Positions 32,227 through 42,376 of a DNA stretch of 64,000 nucleotides are shown here, in pieces. Under the pieces are notes generated by a model, which saw nothing but the letters and a program-made list of their open reading frames with translations, was not told the origin of the DNA and searched no databases. The stretch lies in assembly GCA_018971045.1 (NCBI GenBank), contig JAGWVF010000001.1, forward strand, positions 11,480-75,479, given 5' to 3'. Within the stretch, counting starts at the first letter, position 1. The number at the start of each line of letters is the position of its first letter. A program made the translations under genes and the position numbers. This stretch comes from Patescibacteria group bacterium. GTDB taxonomy: Bacteria > Patescibacteriota > Minisyncoccia > Phycocordibacterales > Phycocordibacteraceae.

Positions 32227-33540
32227 TTATGAGTTACGCGCGCCCGAGCCCATCAAGAAACTCCAGGGACCGCTCTTTTCCTCGGGGACGATGGCGAGAA
32301 GGAAGACGCGGGAAAGCGACACCGCCGAGATGAAGGAGGCGAACACGCCGAGCACGAAGACGAGCGCGAATCCCTGGACGATCGAGGTGCCGAGCCAGAA
32401 AAGGATCACGCCCGAAATGATCATCGTAAGGTGGCCGTCGCGAATGGCCGGCCACGCGCGACTGAAGCCGATATGCACCGCCTCGCGCGGCTCCTTGCCT
32501 TCGCGAAGCTCCTCTTTCGTGCGTTCAAAAATGAGTACGTTCGCGTCTACTGCCATCCCGACCGAGATAATGAGTCCGGCGATGCCCGAGGCGGTGAGCG
32601 TTACGGGAATCACCTTGATCACCGAAAGCATGAAGGCGAGATACTCCGCGAGCGCGAGCGCAGCGATGACGCCCGGGAGCCGATACCAGGCGATCATGAA
32701 GAGAGCGACGATAGTGAAGCCGATGATTCCCGCAGCGACGCCTGCGGTCATCGCCGCGGCGCCAAGCGTCGGTCCGACCGCCGAACTGCTCTCGAGCGCA
32801 ATCGGGACCGGCAACGCTCCGAAGTTCAGGTTGCGCACCAGATCGCGCGCCTCAGTCGCGGTGAAGCGTCCCGTAATAGTCGCCTGGCCGCCGGGGATCG
32901 GCTCTTGAATAACCGGGGTCGAGATCGGCTGACCGTCTAGGAAAATAGCAAGCGTCTGTCCGACATTCTCGGTCGTGATTTTCTCGAAGAGTTTGGCGCC
33001 TTCGGCGTTAAAATTGAGAATAACCTGCGGCGAGGAGAGGCCGGCGGTCGCGCCAGAGCCGAATCCGAGCGTTGCGCTCGAGAGATAACGGCCGTTCAGT
33101 CCGGTAGGAAGAAAGACCGCCTCCGTAGTAGTACCGACCTTGGTCGTAGTCGCCAGACGGAATTCGAGCGTCGGAGTCTGGCCAAGAGCGGCGACGGCGG
33201 CCTTGATGTCAGTCACGCCGGGAAGATCGACGATGAGACGATCCTCGGTGGTGCCCGAGAGCGCGCTCGCGACCTCCGTCTGAACGAGCGGTTCCGCGAC
33301 TCCGAAGAGGTTGACCCGGCGCTCGATAACGCCCTGCAGTGCGGCGAGCGCGTCTCTGCGCTCGCTCGCGGGAGTCTGGCTCATGTCGGCCTTATAGATG
33401 AGCTCGGTTCCGCCGGCGAGATCGAGTCCGAGCTTAAAGCGGAAGGAACTCTCCGGATTCGCCTCGGTGGCAAAAACAAAATAGGCAAGCAAAAACCCTA
33501 CGATGAGGGCGGCGGCGGCGAACATCCGGTAACGAGTCAT
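32227..33540 (-). CDS. secD: Protein translocase subunit SecD
   Basis: LGLDLAGG, RVNLFGVAEP, GMAVDANVLIFER. Confidence 0.95.
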   Translation of the reverse strand: MTRYRMFAAAALIVGFLLAYFVFATEANPESSFRFKLGLDLAGGTELIYKADMSQTPASERRDALAALQGVIERRVNLFGVAEPLVQTEVASALSGTTEDRLIVDLPGVTDIKAAVAALGQTPTLEFRLATTTKVGTTTEAVFLPTGLNGRYLSSATLGFGSGATAGLSSPQVILNFNAEGAKLFEKITTENVGQTLAIFLDGQPISTPVIQEPIPGGQATITGRFTATEARDLVRNLNFGALPVPIALESSSAVGPTLGAAAMTAGVAAGIIGFTIVALFMIAWYRLPGVIAALALAEYLAFMLSVIKVIPVTLTASGIAGLIISVGMAVDANVLIFERTKEELREGKEPREAVHIGFSRAWPAIRDGHLTMIISGVILFWLGTSIVQGFALVFVLGVFASFISAVSLSRVFLLAIVPEEKSGPWSFLMGSGARNS

Positions 33541-33611
33541 GCGGCTGAGTATACCGCATAAAAAATAAAACGCAGGTCTTGTATTATAAAAAATATATCT
33601 CCTAATTAAGA

Positions 33612-33635
33612 CACGCACCCGATATCGGGTGCGTG
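33612..33635 (-). terminator. Hairpin downstream of the hypothetical gene
   Basis: CACGCACCCGATATCGGGTGCGTG palindrome. Confidence 0.5.
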
Positions 33636-33638
33636 AAA

Positions 33639-34052
33639 TCAGCTGCGCCAAACAATCGCGACGTCACGGAGTCCAAAGCGATTCCCTCCCCAATGCAGGC
33701 CTTTGACGAGGCGGTTGCTCAACACTTCAACGTACTCGAAGTACGAATGATTCGTGCGGTCTCGGAAAATGGTTCCTGCCGCCAGAATACGCTTGCCGTT
33801 CCACTCGGAATACGGAAAGGAAAGCGGGTGCTCGAAGAGCCATTCGACGAGAACGGCTCCGAGCGGCCGCCTACGCTTGACGAGCGCGTTCTGGAACTCA
33901 CACATCTCAACTTCAGCGCAAATTTGGCCCGGATGCTGGAATAGGCGAAGCTCGTCTTTATTCCATTTCCAAGGGTGAGAAAGAATGTTCTGGAATATCC
34001 GATATCCTTCCGGACAATCTGGTTTCCTATCCAGGTAGACCATTTCTTCCAT
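33639..34052 (-). CDS. Trp-rich hypothetical protein
   Basis: GGAGG before ATG; LFEHP...WNGK..GTIFR pattern that I recall from Parcubacteria hypothetical proteins. Confidence 0.6.
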   Translation of the reverse strand: MEEMVYLDRKPDCPEGYRIFQNILSHPWKWNKDELRLFQHPGQICAEVEMCEFQNALVKRRRPLGAVLVEWLFEHPLSFPYSEWNGKRILAAGTIFRDRTNHSYFEYVEVLSNRLVKGLHWGGNRFGLRDVAIVWRS

Positions 34053-34131
34053 GGAAACCTCCATTGTTAACGACTGGTAACGGCTATCCGCTACCAATAG
34101 CATAGTGTAGATGTGAAAATCGAGAGCGCAA

Positions 34132-34956
34132 TCAGCGTGAGTGCATAGCCAACTCGACAAGCGTAACAGCATTCTCAAAAAGTTTCGCCACGGCCACGGG
34201 GCCGATGCCTCCCGGGACCGGCGTGAAGAGCGAGCACTTCGCGGCGCACGCGGGATCGGCGTCGCCCACAATCGCTCCGCCCGATTCTGACGTTCCGGCA
34301 TCAATCAGCACCACACCGTCTTTAATCATACCGTGCGTGATGAGGCGCGGAGATCCCGCGCCTGAAACGATGAGATCAGCCGCCGCGAGCGCCGAGCGCA
34401 AGCCGCCTGATTCACGCGTTACGATCACGACCTCGGCACCCTGCTCTTTAAGCCACGCCGCCACCGGCGCGCCGACGAGATACCCGGCTCCGACCACGAC
34501 GGTCTTCTTCCCTTTCGCATTCACGCGATATGTCTCAAAAATTTCTTGCACCGCCCCCACCACGGGCGGCACTACATGTGGGTTTCGTAAATCCACATTT
34601 CGAGCTCGTGCAGATGCGGAAAGTACATCGGTATCCTTCTCTACCGGAATCGCGTCACATACGGCGTGAGTATCAATTGAATCCGGGAGCGGGAGCTGCA
34701 CGATAATCGCATCCGCCGTGAGCGCCTTGATTACCGCGATTAGTTCGTCGGTCGTACTATCGCTTCCGAGACGCACGACTTCGAGCGCGCACCCGGCTTC
34801 GGCTGCGCGATTGCTCTTAATGCTCATATAGGACTCGGTCGCTGGTGTTGGATTCGCGACGAGCGCCGCGACTTTCGGCGCGTGATCGAGCAGTTCGACA
34901 CGCGCTTTGGTGCGCTCGAGTACTGCTCTTGCGAGCGCACGACCGTCGATAATCAT
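34132..34956 (-). CDS. folD: Methylenetetrahydrofolate dehydrogenase/cyclohydrolase
   Basis: IIDGR, IVQLPLP, VGAP, TPVPGGIGPV. Confidence 0.92.
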   Translation of the reverse strand: MIIDGRALARAVLERTKARVELLDHAPKVAALVANPTPATESYMSIKSNRAAEAGCALEVVRLGSDSTTDELIAVIKALTADAIIVQLPLPDSIDTHAVCDAIPVEKDTDVLSASARARNVDLRNPHVVPPVVGAVQEIFETYRVNAKGKKTVVVGAGYLVGAPVAAWLKEQGAEVVIVTRESGGLRSALAAADLIVSGAGSPRLITHGMIKDGVVLIDAGTSESGGAIVGDADPACAAKCSLFTPVPGGIGPVAVAKLFENAVTLVELAMHSR

Positions 34957-36290
34957 GTTCCAGAGAACGAAACGAGGGCGCGCAGCGTCTTCAGTGTAAT
35001 CGCGAGGTCGAGCCCGGGCGAGCGGTGGCGCAGATAGTAGAGATCGAAGGAGAGCTTGCGGCGGGTGCGCGCGACATCCGCCGAGCCGCGCGGCGCGTCA
35101 TAATCGTGGATCTGCGCCCAGCCTGAGAGTCCGGGAGCGATCAGGTGGCGCATGTGATACTGAGGAATCTCGCGCTCATACACCTTGACGAGACCGGGGA
35201 GTTCGGGGCGCGGACCGATAAAAGAAAGATCGCCGACCAGAATGTTCCAGAGCTGAGGGAGTTCGTCGATACGCGTCTTGCGCAAGAGGCGTCCGAGCGC
35301 GGTCACGCGATTCCGCTTCTGCAATTCCGGATGCCCTTGATCGTTAAAGAGCATGGAGCGCAATTTAAGGATGCGGAAGACGCGCCCTCCCCGACCGATG
35401 CGCTCATTCGCGATAAACGGCGTACCGCCGGTAAGCGCGAGGGCGAGAGCGGCAAGCGCGACAAAGGGAACCGCGATGATGAGGAGCGCGAGAGCGAGCA
35501 ATATATCGCACAGACGTTTTGCCGCGTCATACACGGTGCGGCGGCGCGAGAGCGATTCCAAAAGCTGTCCGGCATCAAGATGCTCGAGCGGTACCCGGTC
35601 AAATATTTCTTCATAGAGCGAAGCAAAAGTGATAACTTTCACGTCGCTCACCATAAGCTCATAGAGCTGAGAGAGTTCGCGTGCGACAATCTGGTCGGAG
35701 AGATCAATCACCACGAGACGCACTCCCGTTCCCGCCGCGGCGGTAATGGCCGCCCGTACGCCGCCCTCAGCAAGATTCGTCGTCTCCTGATGCGCGCCGA
35801 AATGAATGAGGAGCTGATCATTGTTATTCACTTCGTCATAGAGTTCCCGCGCCGCCGTCCCCGATCCGATAAGCAGTGCGGGCTCGCGCTGACTCAGCTT
35901 TATCTCGCGGCGCATGCGATAGAAGCGCCAGAGACTCTCCGAAACGACCGAGACGATGAGATACAGCAGAAGAATCGTTTTCGGCGCGATCGAGAGCGGA
36001 AGAACGAAAAAAAGGATCGCCGCAACGCTCACCGTCGCCGCCTGCGCGCCGAGAATACGCACGCCCATCACTCGGCGGATCGGACGCGTCTGCTTCTCGT
36101 ACAGGCCGGCAATATAGAAAACCGTGAGAGAAAGCAGAAACATCGGCGCAAACGGAATAAAATTTGTCTGAAAGTAACCCCACGAGGGTACGGTAAGGTT
36201 CCGAAGAACAATGGCCGTCCAGAGCGAAAACGCCAAAATAAGGAAATCCCCGATAAGCAGGATCGCCGTTTCGCGGCGGCTGAAGACCAT
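34953..36290 (-). CDS. Polyprenyl-phosphate sugar transferase (initiating glycosyltransferase)
   Basis: N-terminal TMs; KLRSM, RIDELPQLWN, GPRPE, PGLSGWAQ. Confidence 0.92.
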   Translation of the reverse strand: MVFSRRETAILLIGDFLILAFSLWTAIVLRNLTVPSWGYFQTNFIPFAPMFLLSLTVFYIAGLYEKQTRPIRRVMGVRILGAQAATVSVAAILFFVLPLSIAPKTILLLYLIVSVVSESLWRFYRMRREIKLSQREPALLIGSGTAARELYDEVNNNDQLLIHFGAHQETTNLAEGGVRAAITAAAGTGVRLVVIDLSDQIVARELSQLYELMVSDVKVITFASLYEEIFDRVPLEHLDAGQLLESLSRRRTVYDAAKRLCDILLALALLIIAVPFVALAALALALTGGTPFIANERIGRGGRVFRILKLRSMLFNDQGHPELQKRNRVTALGRLLRKTRIDELPQLWNILVGDLSFIGPRPELPGLVKVYEREIPQYHMRHLIAPGLSGWAQIHDYDAPRGSADVARTRRKLSFDLYYLRHRSPGLDLAITLKTLRALVSFSGT

Positions 36291-36333
36291 GTGTAGATAC
36301 TATACCGTGGAATAGTATTGTACAGTTTCATCC

Positions 36334-37323
36334 ATGACCGGCATTCGAGATAAAAAGATACTATTGGTGATCACCAAATCCAACTGGGGCGGCGCGCAAC
36401 GCTATGTGTACGATCTCGCAACGGCTCTGTCGAGAAAAGAATGCACGGTCGGCGTCGCCTTTGGACAGCCCGGGCGCCTCGCTGAGGAGCTCGAGCGCGC
36501 GGGAATGACGACGTATCCGATACGATCGCTACAGCGCGATATCTCTCTCGCCGCTGATGTGCGCAGTTTTTTTGAACTCCTCTGCCTCTTCCGTATTCAA
36601 AAACCGGACGTGGTGCACGTGAATTCATCAAAAGCCGCCGGGGTCGGCGCGCTTGCCGCGCGCATCGTCCGCGTCCCGCGAATCATCTTCACTGTCCACG
36701 GCTGGCCGTTTATGGAAAAAAGAAATCCGGTCTGGCGCGCGTTCGCCTATCTCGGATCGTGGATAAGCGCGCTCCTCGCGCATACCGTCATCGTCGTTTC
36801 AAAAAATGATTTGCGGATTGGGAAGCGCTTGCCCTTTTGCGTCCGTAAGATGCGCCTCATTTATAACGGCGTCGATCTGAACCCGCAGCTTGATTCAGGC
36901 GAGCGTATTCGTTCCGCATTTCCCCGAGGCGCGCGTATCACCGGCTCCATCGGCGAATTGACGCACAATAAGAACCAGATCGCGCTCATCGAACAGGCTC
37001 GCGCCGATCCTCTTCTGCACCTTGCCATCGTCGGCGAAGGAGAAGAGCGTGCGCATTTGGAAGCAAAAATCAAAGCCTACGGCCTGGAGAATCGCGTGAA
37101 GCTTTTTGGTTTTCTGCCGGCAAATGAGGTGTTGCGCGGATTCGACGTATTCGCTCTCCCCTCTCTTAAAGAGGGTCTGCCCTATGTACTGCTTGAAGCG
37201 AGAGCGGCCGGCCTCCCGATCGTGGCGAATCGGGTCGGCGGCGTGGGAGAAATACTCGATGCGAAAGACATGGGGGATTTCTCGCTCGAACGCATGGTGC
37301 GAGAGACGATAAAGCTGTACTAG
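36334..37323 (+). CDS. Glycosyltransferase family 4
   Basis: WGGAQRY, FTVHG, EGLPYVLLEA. Confidence 0.9.
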   Translation: MTGIRDKKILLVITKSNWGGAQRYVYDLATALSRKECTVGVAFGQPGRLAEELERAGMTTYPIRSLQRDISLAADVRSFFELLCLFRIQKPDVVHVNSSKAAGVGALAARIVRVPRIIFTVHGWPFMEKRNPVWRAFAYLGSWISALLAHTVIVVSKNDLRIGKRLPFCVRKMRLIYNGVDLNPQLDSGERIRSAFPRGARITGSIGELTHNKNQIALIEQARADPLLHLAIVGEGEERAHLEAKIKAYGLENRVKLFGFLPANEVLRGFDVFALPSLKEGLPYVLLEARAAGLPIVANRVGGVGEILDAKDMGDFSLERMVRETIKLY

Positions 37324-38447
37324 CCGCCCTCGTATTCGTTCGCGCTCAAATCGCGCGAACCGCGCCCGTGCCGCGCGAGCGATGTCACGATGCCGAGCGC
37401 GGAAAATTCAAGCACGAGATGCGATCCGCCGGAGCTCATGAACGGTATCGTCTGGCCCGTTACCGGCAGGAGCCCGAGGCTGATGCCAACGTGTATCGCG
37501 ATATGCGCGGCAAAAAGGATCAGCACTCCGAGCGTGAAGAAGGCGTCAAAGTTGGTCGCCGATTCGCGTGCGATCTGCGCCAGCCGCGCGAGAAAAAGAC
37601 CGTAGACCGCAAGAAGGATCACGACGCCGGCGAACCCCCACTCTTCTGCGAAAGCGGCGAACATGAAGTCGGTCTGATACTCCGGGAGAAACCGGAGCTT
37701 AGACTGCGTTCCGTATCCGATGCCTTTACCAAAGAGCTCGCCTGATCCGACGGCTATTTGTGCCTGATAGGCATTATACCCCGAGCCATGGATATCTCCT
37801 GCCGGGTTTATAAAGGAAATAATGCGCGCGCGCTGATACGGCTTCAACCCCTCGAACCACAGGAGCGACGCGATGATGAGCGCGAGGCCTCCGAGCAAGA
37901 GGAGATGCCGCTTTGAGATGCCGGAGACGAGCATCATCCCGAGCCAGAGCGTGCAGAAGATGATGGCATTCCCCATATCCGGCTCGACCACGATAAGGAG
38001 CGTGAGCGCGAGCGTGTAGGCGCCCGATACGAGAATGTGCCGGTAATCGCCGATTTCGACGTGGCGGCGGGATAAATATTTGGCGAGAAGCACGATGATG
38101 GCGAGTTTCGCAAGATCGGCCGGCTGAAAGGAGACCGGCCCGAGCGAGAACCACGCGCGCGCGCCCATGACCGGATGCGCCGCAACCAAGAGGAGTGCGA
38201 GTAGAAAAGCCGAGGAAATATACAGCGCCATCACCGCCGGCGTGCGGCGGATAAAATGCATATCGATTCTCGAGAGCGCCAGATAAATCACGAGCGATAC
38301 GCCCACCCACAACAACTGACGCGGAGCCAAGGATGCCCCCTGTCCGAACGTGCTCATCGTGAGCACTCCGAGAAGCGAGAGCGAGAGCGCAGGAATCAGC
38401 AGCGTCCAATCAAAGAACTGCGAGGCAGAGGCGCGTCTCGGAAACAT
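37320..38447 (-). CDS. rodA: SEDS family protein RodA/FtsW
   Basis: SFQPADLAK, EPDMG, LPEYQTDF, EEWGF, GQTIPFMSSGGS. Confidence 0.85.
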   Translation of the reverse strand: MFPRRASASQFFDWTLLIPALSLSLLGVLTMSTFGQGASLAPRQLLWVGVSLVIYLALSRIDMHFIRRTPAVMALYISSAFLLALLLVAAHPVMGARAWFSLGPVSFQPADLAKLAIIVLLAKYLSRRHVEIGDYRHILVSGAYTLALTLLIVVEPDMGNAIIFCTLWLGMMLVSGISKRHLLLLGGLALIIASLLWFEGLKPYQRARIISFINPAGDIHGSGYNAYQAQIAVGSGELFGKGIGYGTQSKLRFLPEYQTDFMFAAFAEEWGFAGVVILLAVYGLFLARLAQIARESATNFDAFFTLGVLILFAAHIAIHVGISLGLLPVTGQTIPFMSSGGSHLVLEFSALGIVTSLARHGRGSRDLSANEYEGG

Positions 38448-38458
38448 ACCTGCGATCC

Positions 38459-39238
38459 CTACGATCCCGCCGATACCGGCAAAGGAATGATGGGGACAAC
38501 TTCAATTCTCGTCGGCGCCCCAACAAAAGGGCCGTTCCAGGTATACATCATCGTTGCCGAATCTTGGCCGGGGATTACGGGGATTACGGTCGACGAAGCG
38601 CCGATGATCGTTCCTTGCGGGTTATACACCATCACCACCGCTTGCACATTGGAAAGAGCGGTTGCGGACGGATTCGAGAGTGTCGCTTGAATGCGCGGCG
38701 CATTCATCGTTCCGCCGAGCCGGATGCCGGAAACCTTCGGCACGATGCGCGGATCGGGAGAGAGCGTGAACCATTTCGGCGCAGTCGGATCGATCTCAAG
38801 AAACGCATTCTTGACTGACTGTTGCGACGCCGCGACGCCGGGAATATAGACGGGCACCACGGTTGCGGGCGGCAAGTCGATCGAGCCCGCCATCTCGCGC
38901 AGGAGCGCCTGATTCGCGCCGTAAACGCGAACGCGGTACGGCACAGTTCGAGCCGCCGCCGTTACATTTTTATTTTCGACCGAGGCGACGAGGTCAACGC
39001 GTCCGGATCCATTATCCACCGTCTGAGTGAAAAGGACGGTTGGCGCGAGTTGCTGATCCGTACAGAGGTAGGGGCAGGGACCGCCGCAGTCGATGCCGGT
39101 CTCGCCCTGATTCTGCACGCCGTCAACGCACGAGGCCGTCTGGTAGGCAACCGAAATGAGAATGACCGCGCCAAAGGCGATCGCAAGCAGAGCGAGAATA
39201 ATGAGCACGACCACTCGTCGCCGTGTTGCCCAAGACAT
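38459..39238 (-). CDS. Membrane-anchored hypothetical protein with a Cys motif
   Basis: TM anchor followed by CVDGVQNQGETGIDCGGPC. Confidence 0.8.
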   Translation of the reverse strand: MSWATRRRVVVLIILALLAIAFGAVILISVAYQTASCVDGVQNQGETGIDCGGPCPYLCTDQQLAPTVLFTQTVDNGSGRVDLVASVENKNVTAAARTVPYRVRVYGANQALLREMAGSIDLPPATVVPVYIPGVAASQQSVKNAFLEIDPTAPKWFTLSPDPRIVPKVSGIRLGGTMNAPRIQATLSNPSATALSNVQAVVMVYNPQGTIIGASSTVIPVIPGQDSATMMYTWNGPFVGAPTRIEVVPIIPLPVSAGS

Positions 39239-39256
39239 TGAACACAGTATAGCAAA

Positions 39257-39281
39257 CGCCGCGCAGGAGACCTGCGCGGCG
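39257..39281 (-). terminator. Hairpin ending the 23S-5S-tRNA unit
   Basis: CGCCGCGCAGG-AGA-CCTGCGCGGCG. Confidence 0.6.
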
Positions 39282-39285
39282 GAAA

Positions 39286-39361
39286 TGGTCGGGGTGGCTG
39301 GATTTGAACCAGCGACCTCTCACTGGTAGTGAGCGCGCTACCGGACTGCGCTACACCCACG
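39286..39361 (-). tRNA. tRNA-Pro-like RNA with an aberrant 5-nt anticodon loop (pseudo-tRNA or non-decoding tRNA)
   Basis: Intact D arm, T arm (GCTGG-TTCAAAT-CCAGC) and 3' CACCCCG-A-CCA; anticodon arm CTCAC-TACCA-GTGAG; bulged acceptor stem. Confidence 0.75.
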
Positions 39362-39411
39362 AAATGAGGCAACAAAATAAGATGTAATCGTTATAAGTTC
39401 GAGCATTCTGT

Positions 39412-39524
39412 TCTGGCGGCTAGCTACTCTCCCAGTCTGGAACGACTAGTACCATCGCCGCTAGGAGGCTTAACTTCCGTGTTCGGAATGAGAACGGGTG
39501 TGACCCTCCCGCCAAACCACCAGA
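39412..39524 (-). rRNA. rrf: 5S rRNA
   Basis: CCCGTTCTCATTCCGAACACGGAAGTTAAGC and GATGGTACT motifs; enclosed in a perfect 20-bp stem (39397-39416 / 39520-39539). Confidence 0.95.
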
Positions 39525-39884
39525 ACAGAATGCTCGAACGTATATATAAACGAATACGATTGGCAATGAATATCGTGATATGCAGGATTCCGCACGAGAG
39601 ACTGGACTTATTAGTACTCCTCGGCTCCATACCTTGCGGTACTTCCACCTAGAGCCTATCAACGTGGTCATCTCCCACGAGTCTCATAACGATTCCTAAT
39701 CTTGGGGCCCGTTTCCCGCTTATATGCTTTCAGCGGTTATCGGAACCCGACATAGCTACTCGGCGGTGCCGCTGGCGCGACAGCCGATAGACCAGAGGTC
39801 AGTTCATCCCGGTCCTCTCGTACTAGGGACAAACCCCCTCAAGAATCAACGCCTGTAGTAGATAGGAGACCAACCTGTCTCACG

Positions 39885-40163
39885 CATCTCGTTAACTCCG
39901 ATTACTCGGAGGATCGGACTCTATCTTCACCCGGTCTGGGTGATCAACGTGTAGTCTCTCGGGGCGCGCTTTCACGCTTCCCTCGGTATTGCCCTCGCAT
40001 ACACAATGCGGTCGGGTTTTACCGATATCAGTTGATTTGCTCCGCGCGCATCCCTGCGCGCGACCGCCGTGAGTATGTCTTGCGCACACTGCGTCTCCAC
40101 GCAGCTAACAATTGCCTCGTGGGTTCAAACCGTTCAATGACCGATTTCGCAGTCAGTCGCTGA
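39885..40163 (-). ncRNA. Group I intron at 23S position equivalent to L2593, no ORF
   Basis: Interrupts AAACCGT|CGTGAGACAG; ends in G; R (GAGAGACTAC) and S (AAGATAGAGTCC) elements; IGS CTCACG-G-CGGT. Confidence 0.9.
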
Positions 40164-40824
40164 ACGGTTTGAACCCAGCTCGCGTACCTTTTTAAATGGC
40201 GAACAGCCATACGCTTGGGACCTTCTCCAGCCCCGCGCTAAGGTGAGCCGACATCGAGGTGCCGAACTCCGCCGTCGCTATGGACGCTTGGGCGGAACTA
40301 GCCTGTTATCCCCAGGGTAACTTATATCCGTTAATCTCTGGCCGCTTCTAAGGCGTACCATCGGTTCACTATGCTCTGCTTTCGCATCTGCTCGGGATGT
40401 ACCCCTCGCAGTTAAGCTCTCTTTTGCCATTACACTATCGGCACGGTTTCCATTCGCGCCTAGAGAACCTTAATAGACTCCTCCGTTACTTTTTAGGAGG
40501 ATAGCGCCCCACCAAAACTACCCGCCACGCACGGTCCCCTGTTGGATCCCAACAGGGTTAGACACTGCAAAATTCAAGAGTGGTATTTCACTGACGGATC
40601 CACACCAGCCGAAACCGGTGCTTCAAATCCTCCCACCTATGCTACGCATGAATCCCGCAGTGCCAATACGAAGCTGTAGTAAAGCTCCTGGGGTCTTTTC
40701 GTCTAACTACAGGTATCCGGCATCTTCACCGGAACTGCATTTTCACCGAGCGAGTCCTCGAGACAGTTTCCCACTCATTACACCATTCGTGCACGTCGGA
40801 ACTTACCCGACAAGGAATTACGCT

Positions 40825-41502
40825 CTAGGCTCCTTTCAACCTTTGGACTCTATCTTCACCCTTTTCAGGGGATGGCGTTTGGTCTCTGGGGATTTCAAGA
40901 ATTGTGACGGCACTTTTCGATTCATCTTTTGAATCTTACGCGCAACCATTTGCATACCGCTCATTTCCTGATGGCGTTTATTCGCCACGAGCTCTACGAT
41001 CTCAGCAAAGAACTCGAAATCGTTTTGCTTTGCGGTTTTAAGTGGATGTCTTCGAAAAAACGGGATGATAATGTGATGCAGATCGCTCACTGAGCGTACG
41101 CAATAACGATACAAATATTCGTGATGATTATCGTATCGCTTATTCACAAATATATTCCCGCACTCGAAAAACGATTTGAACAATTCGAGCGCAGACAGAC
41201 TTTTCTTTCCCTGAGTTATTACAAACTCTGGGAATACTTGCCAGCCGAGCTTCGTTGTCGCATTGCGGAAGATACTAACGGAGAAGCATCCTTCTCCGTC
41301 GGTAAATCCGACAATCCACCCTTCAATTCCTGATCTTTCCTGCGTACGAGTCATACCTAAGGTACATTGTAACCTTAAATACTTCGCGTTTGCATATAGC
41401 CATGTGGATTAATCCGCAGATTACTCTGCGGCAAGGTAGCGTTTTGCTGTTTACCACTACAATCGTCCCAATCCTGTCGCGTTCGAGTAACTCGAACGCG
41501 AC
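40825..41502 (-). ncRNA. Group I intron at 23S position equivalent to L1931
   Basis: Interrupts CCTAAGGT|AGCGTAATTCC; ends in G; R-like CAGAGACCAAAC and S element AAGATAGAGTCC. Confidence 0.9.
40836..41354 (-). CDS. Single-motif LAGLIDADG homing endonuclease (intron-encoded)
   Basis: WIVGFTDGEGCF, FVITQ, FFECG, IIPFF..HPL.T.K..DF. Confidence 0.93.
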   Translation of the reverse strand: MTRTQERSGIEGWIVGFTDGEGCFSVSIFRNATTKLGWQVFPEFVITQGKKSLSALELFKSFFECGNIFVNKRYDNHHEYLYRYCVRSVSDLHHIIIPFFRRHPLKTAKQNDFEFFAEIVELVANKRHQEMSGMQMVARKIQKMNRKVPSQFLKSPETKRHPLKRVKIESKG

Positions 41503-42344
41503 ACCTTAGGACGATTATAGTTATCGCCGACATTCACCGGGGCTTACACAGTCCAGCACGACACCGAAGTATCGTACCCACCGTGGTTAACCTTCCGGCA
41601 TTGGTCAGGTGTCACCCCCTATACTTCCTCTTACGAGTTTGCAGGGAGCTGTGTTTTTGGTAAACAGTTGACAGGAAAACTTTCACTGCGGCCCTCCATT
41701 CTTGCGAATAGAGGGCAGGCCTTATCGCTAACTTACGGCCGCTTTTTTGCCGAGTTCCTTGAGGACATCTTACTCGTTCGTCTTGGTCTGCTCGACCTGA
41801 TCACCTGTGTCGGTTTGCGGTACGGTCGTCTTGAGAGTTGATGCGTAGAAGGTTTTCTTGAAACCGCGCTTTGCGCTCTTTCTCCCCCCGAAGGAGGAAA
41901 TTGCGTCAGTGCTCGGGGTAATGCGTACCGGATTTCCCTAGTACGCGCCCTCGCGCTGCCGACCCAAATCCAATAATGGGCAGTGCATACAGCAGTCCGT
42001 CACTCCATTGCCTCTCAAAACGGTCAGGGAATATTAACCCTGTGTCCATCGGGTGCGGCTCTCGCCATCCCCTTAGGCCCGACTAACCCTCAGTTGATCA
42101 CCATAGCTGAGGAAACCTTGATCTTTCGACGTGCGGGGTTCTCACCCGCATTGTGGTTACTTGTACCGGCATTCTTACTTCTGTACGCTCCACCGCGGGT
42201 TATCCCTTCAGCTTCAGCGCGAACAGAACACTCTCCTACCGCTTGTATCTATCTAAATAGGTACAAACCCGCAATTTCGGCACGACATTTAACCCCGATC
42301 ATCTTCGGCGCAAGGACTCTCGATGAGTGAGCTGTTACGCTTTC

Positions 42345-42376
<32 letters not shown>

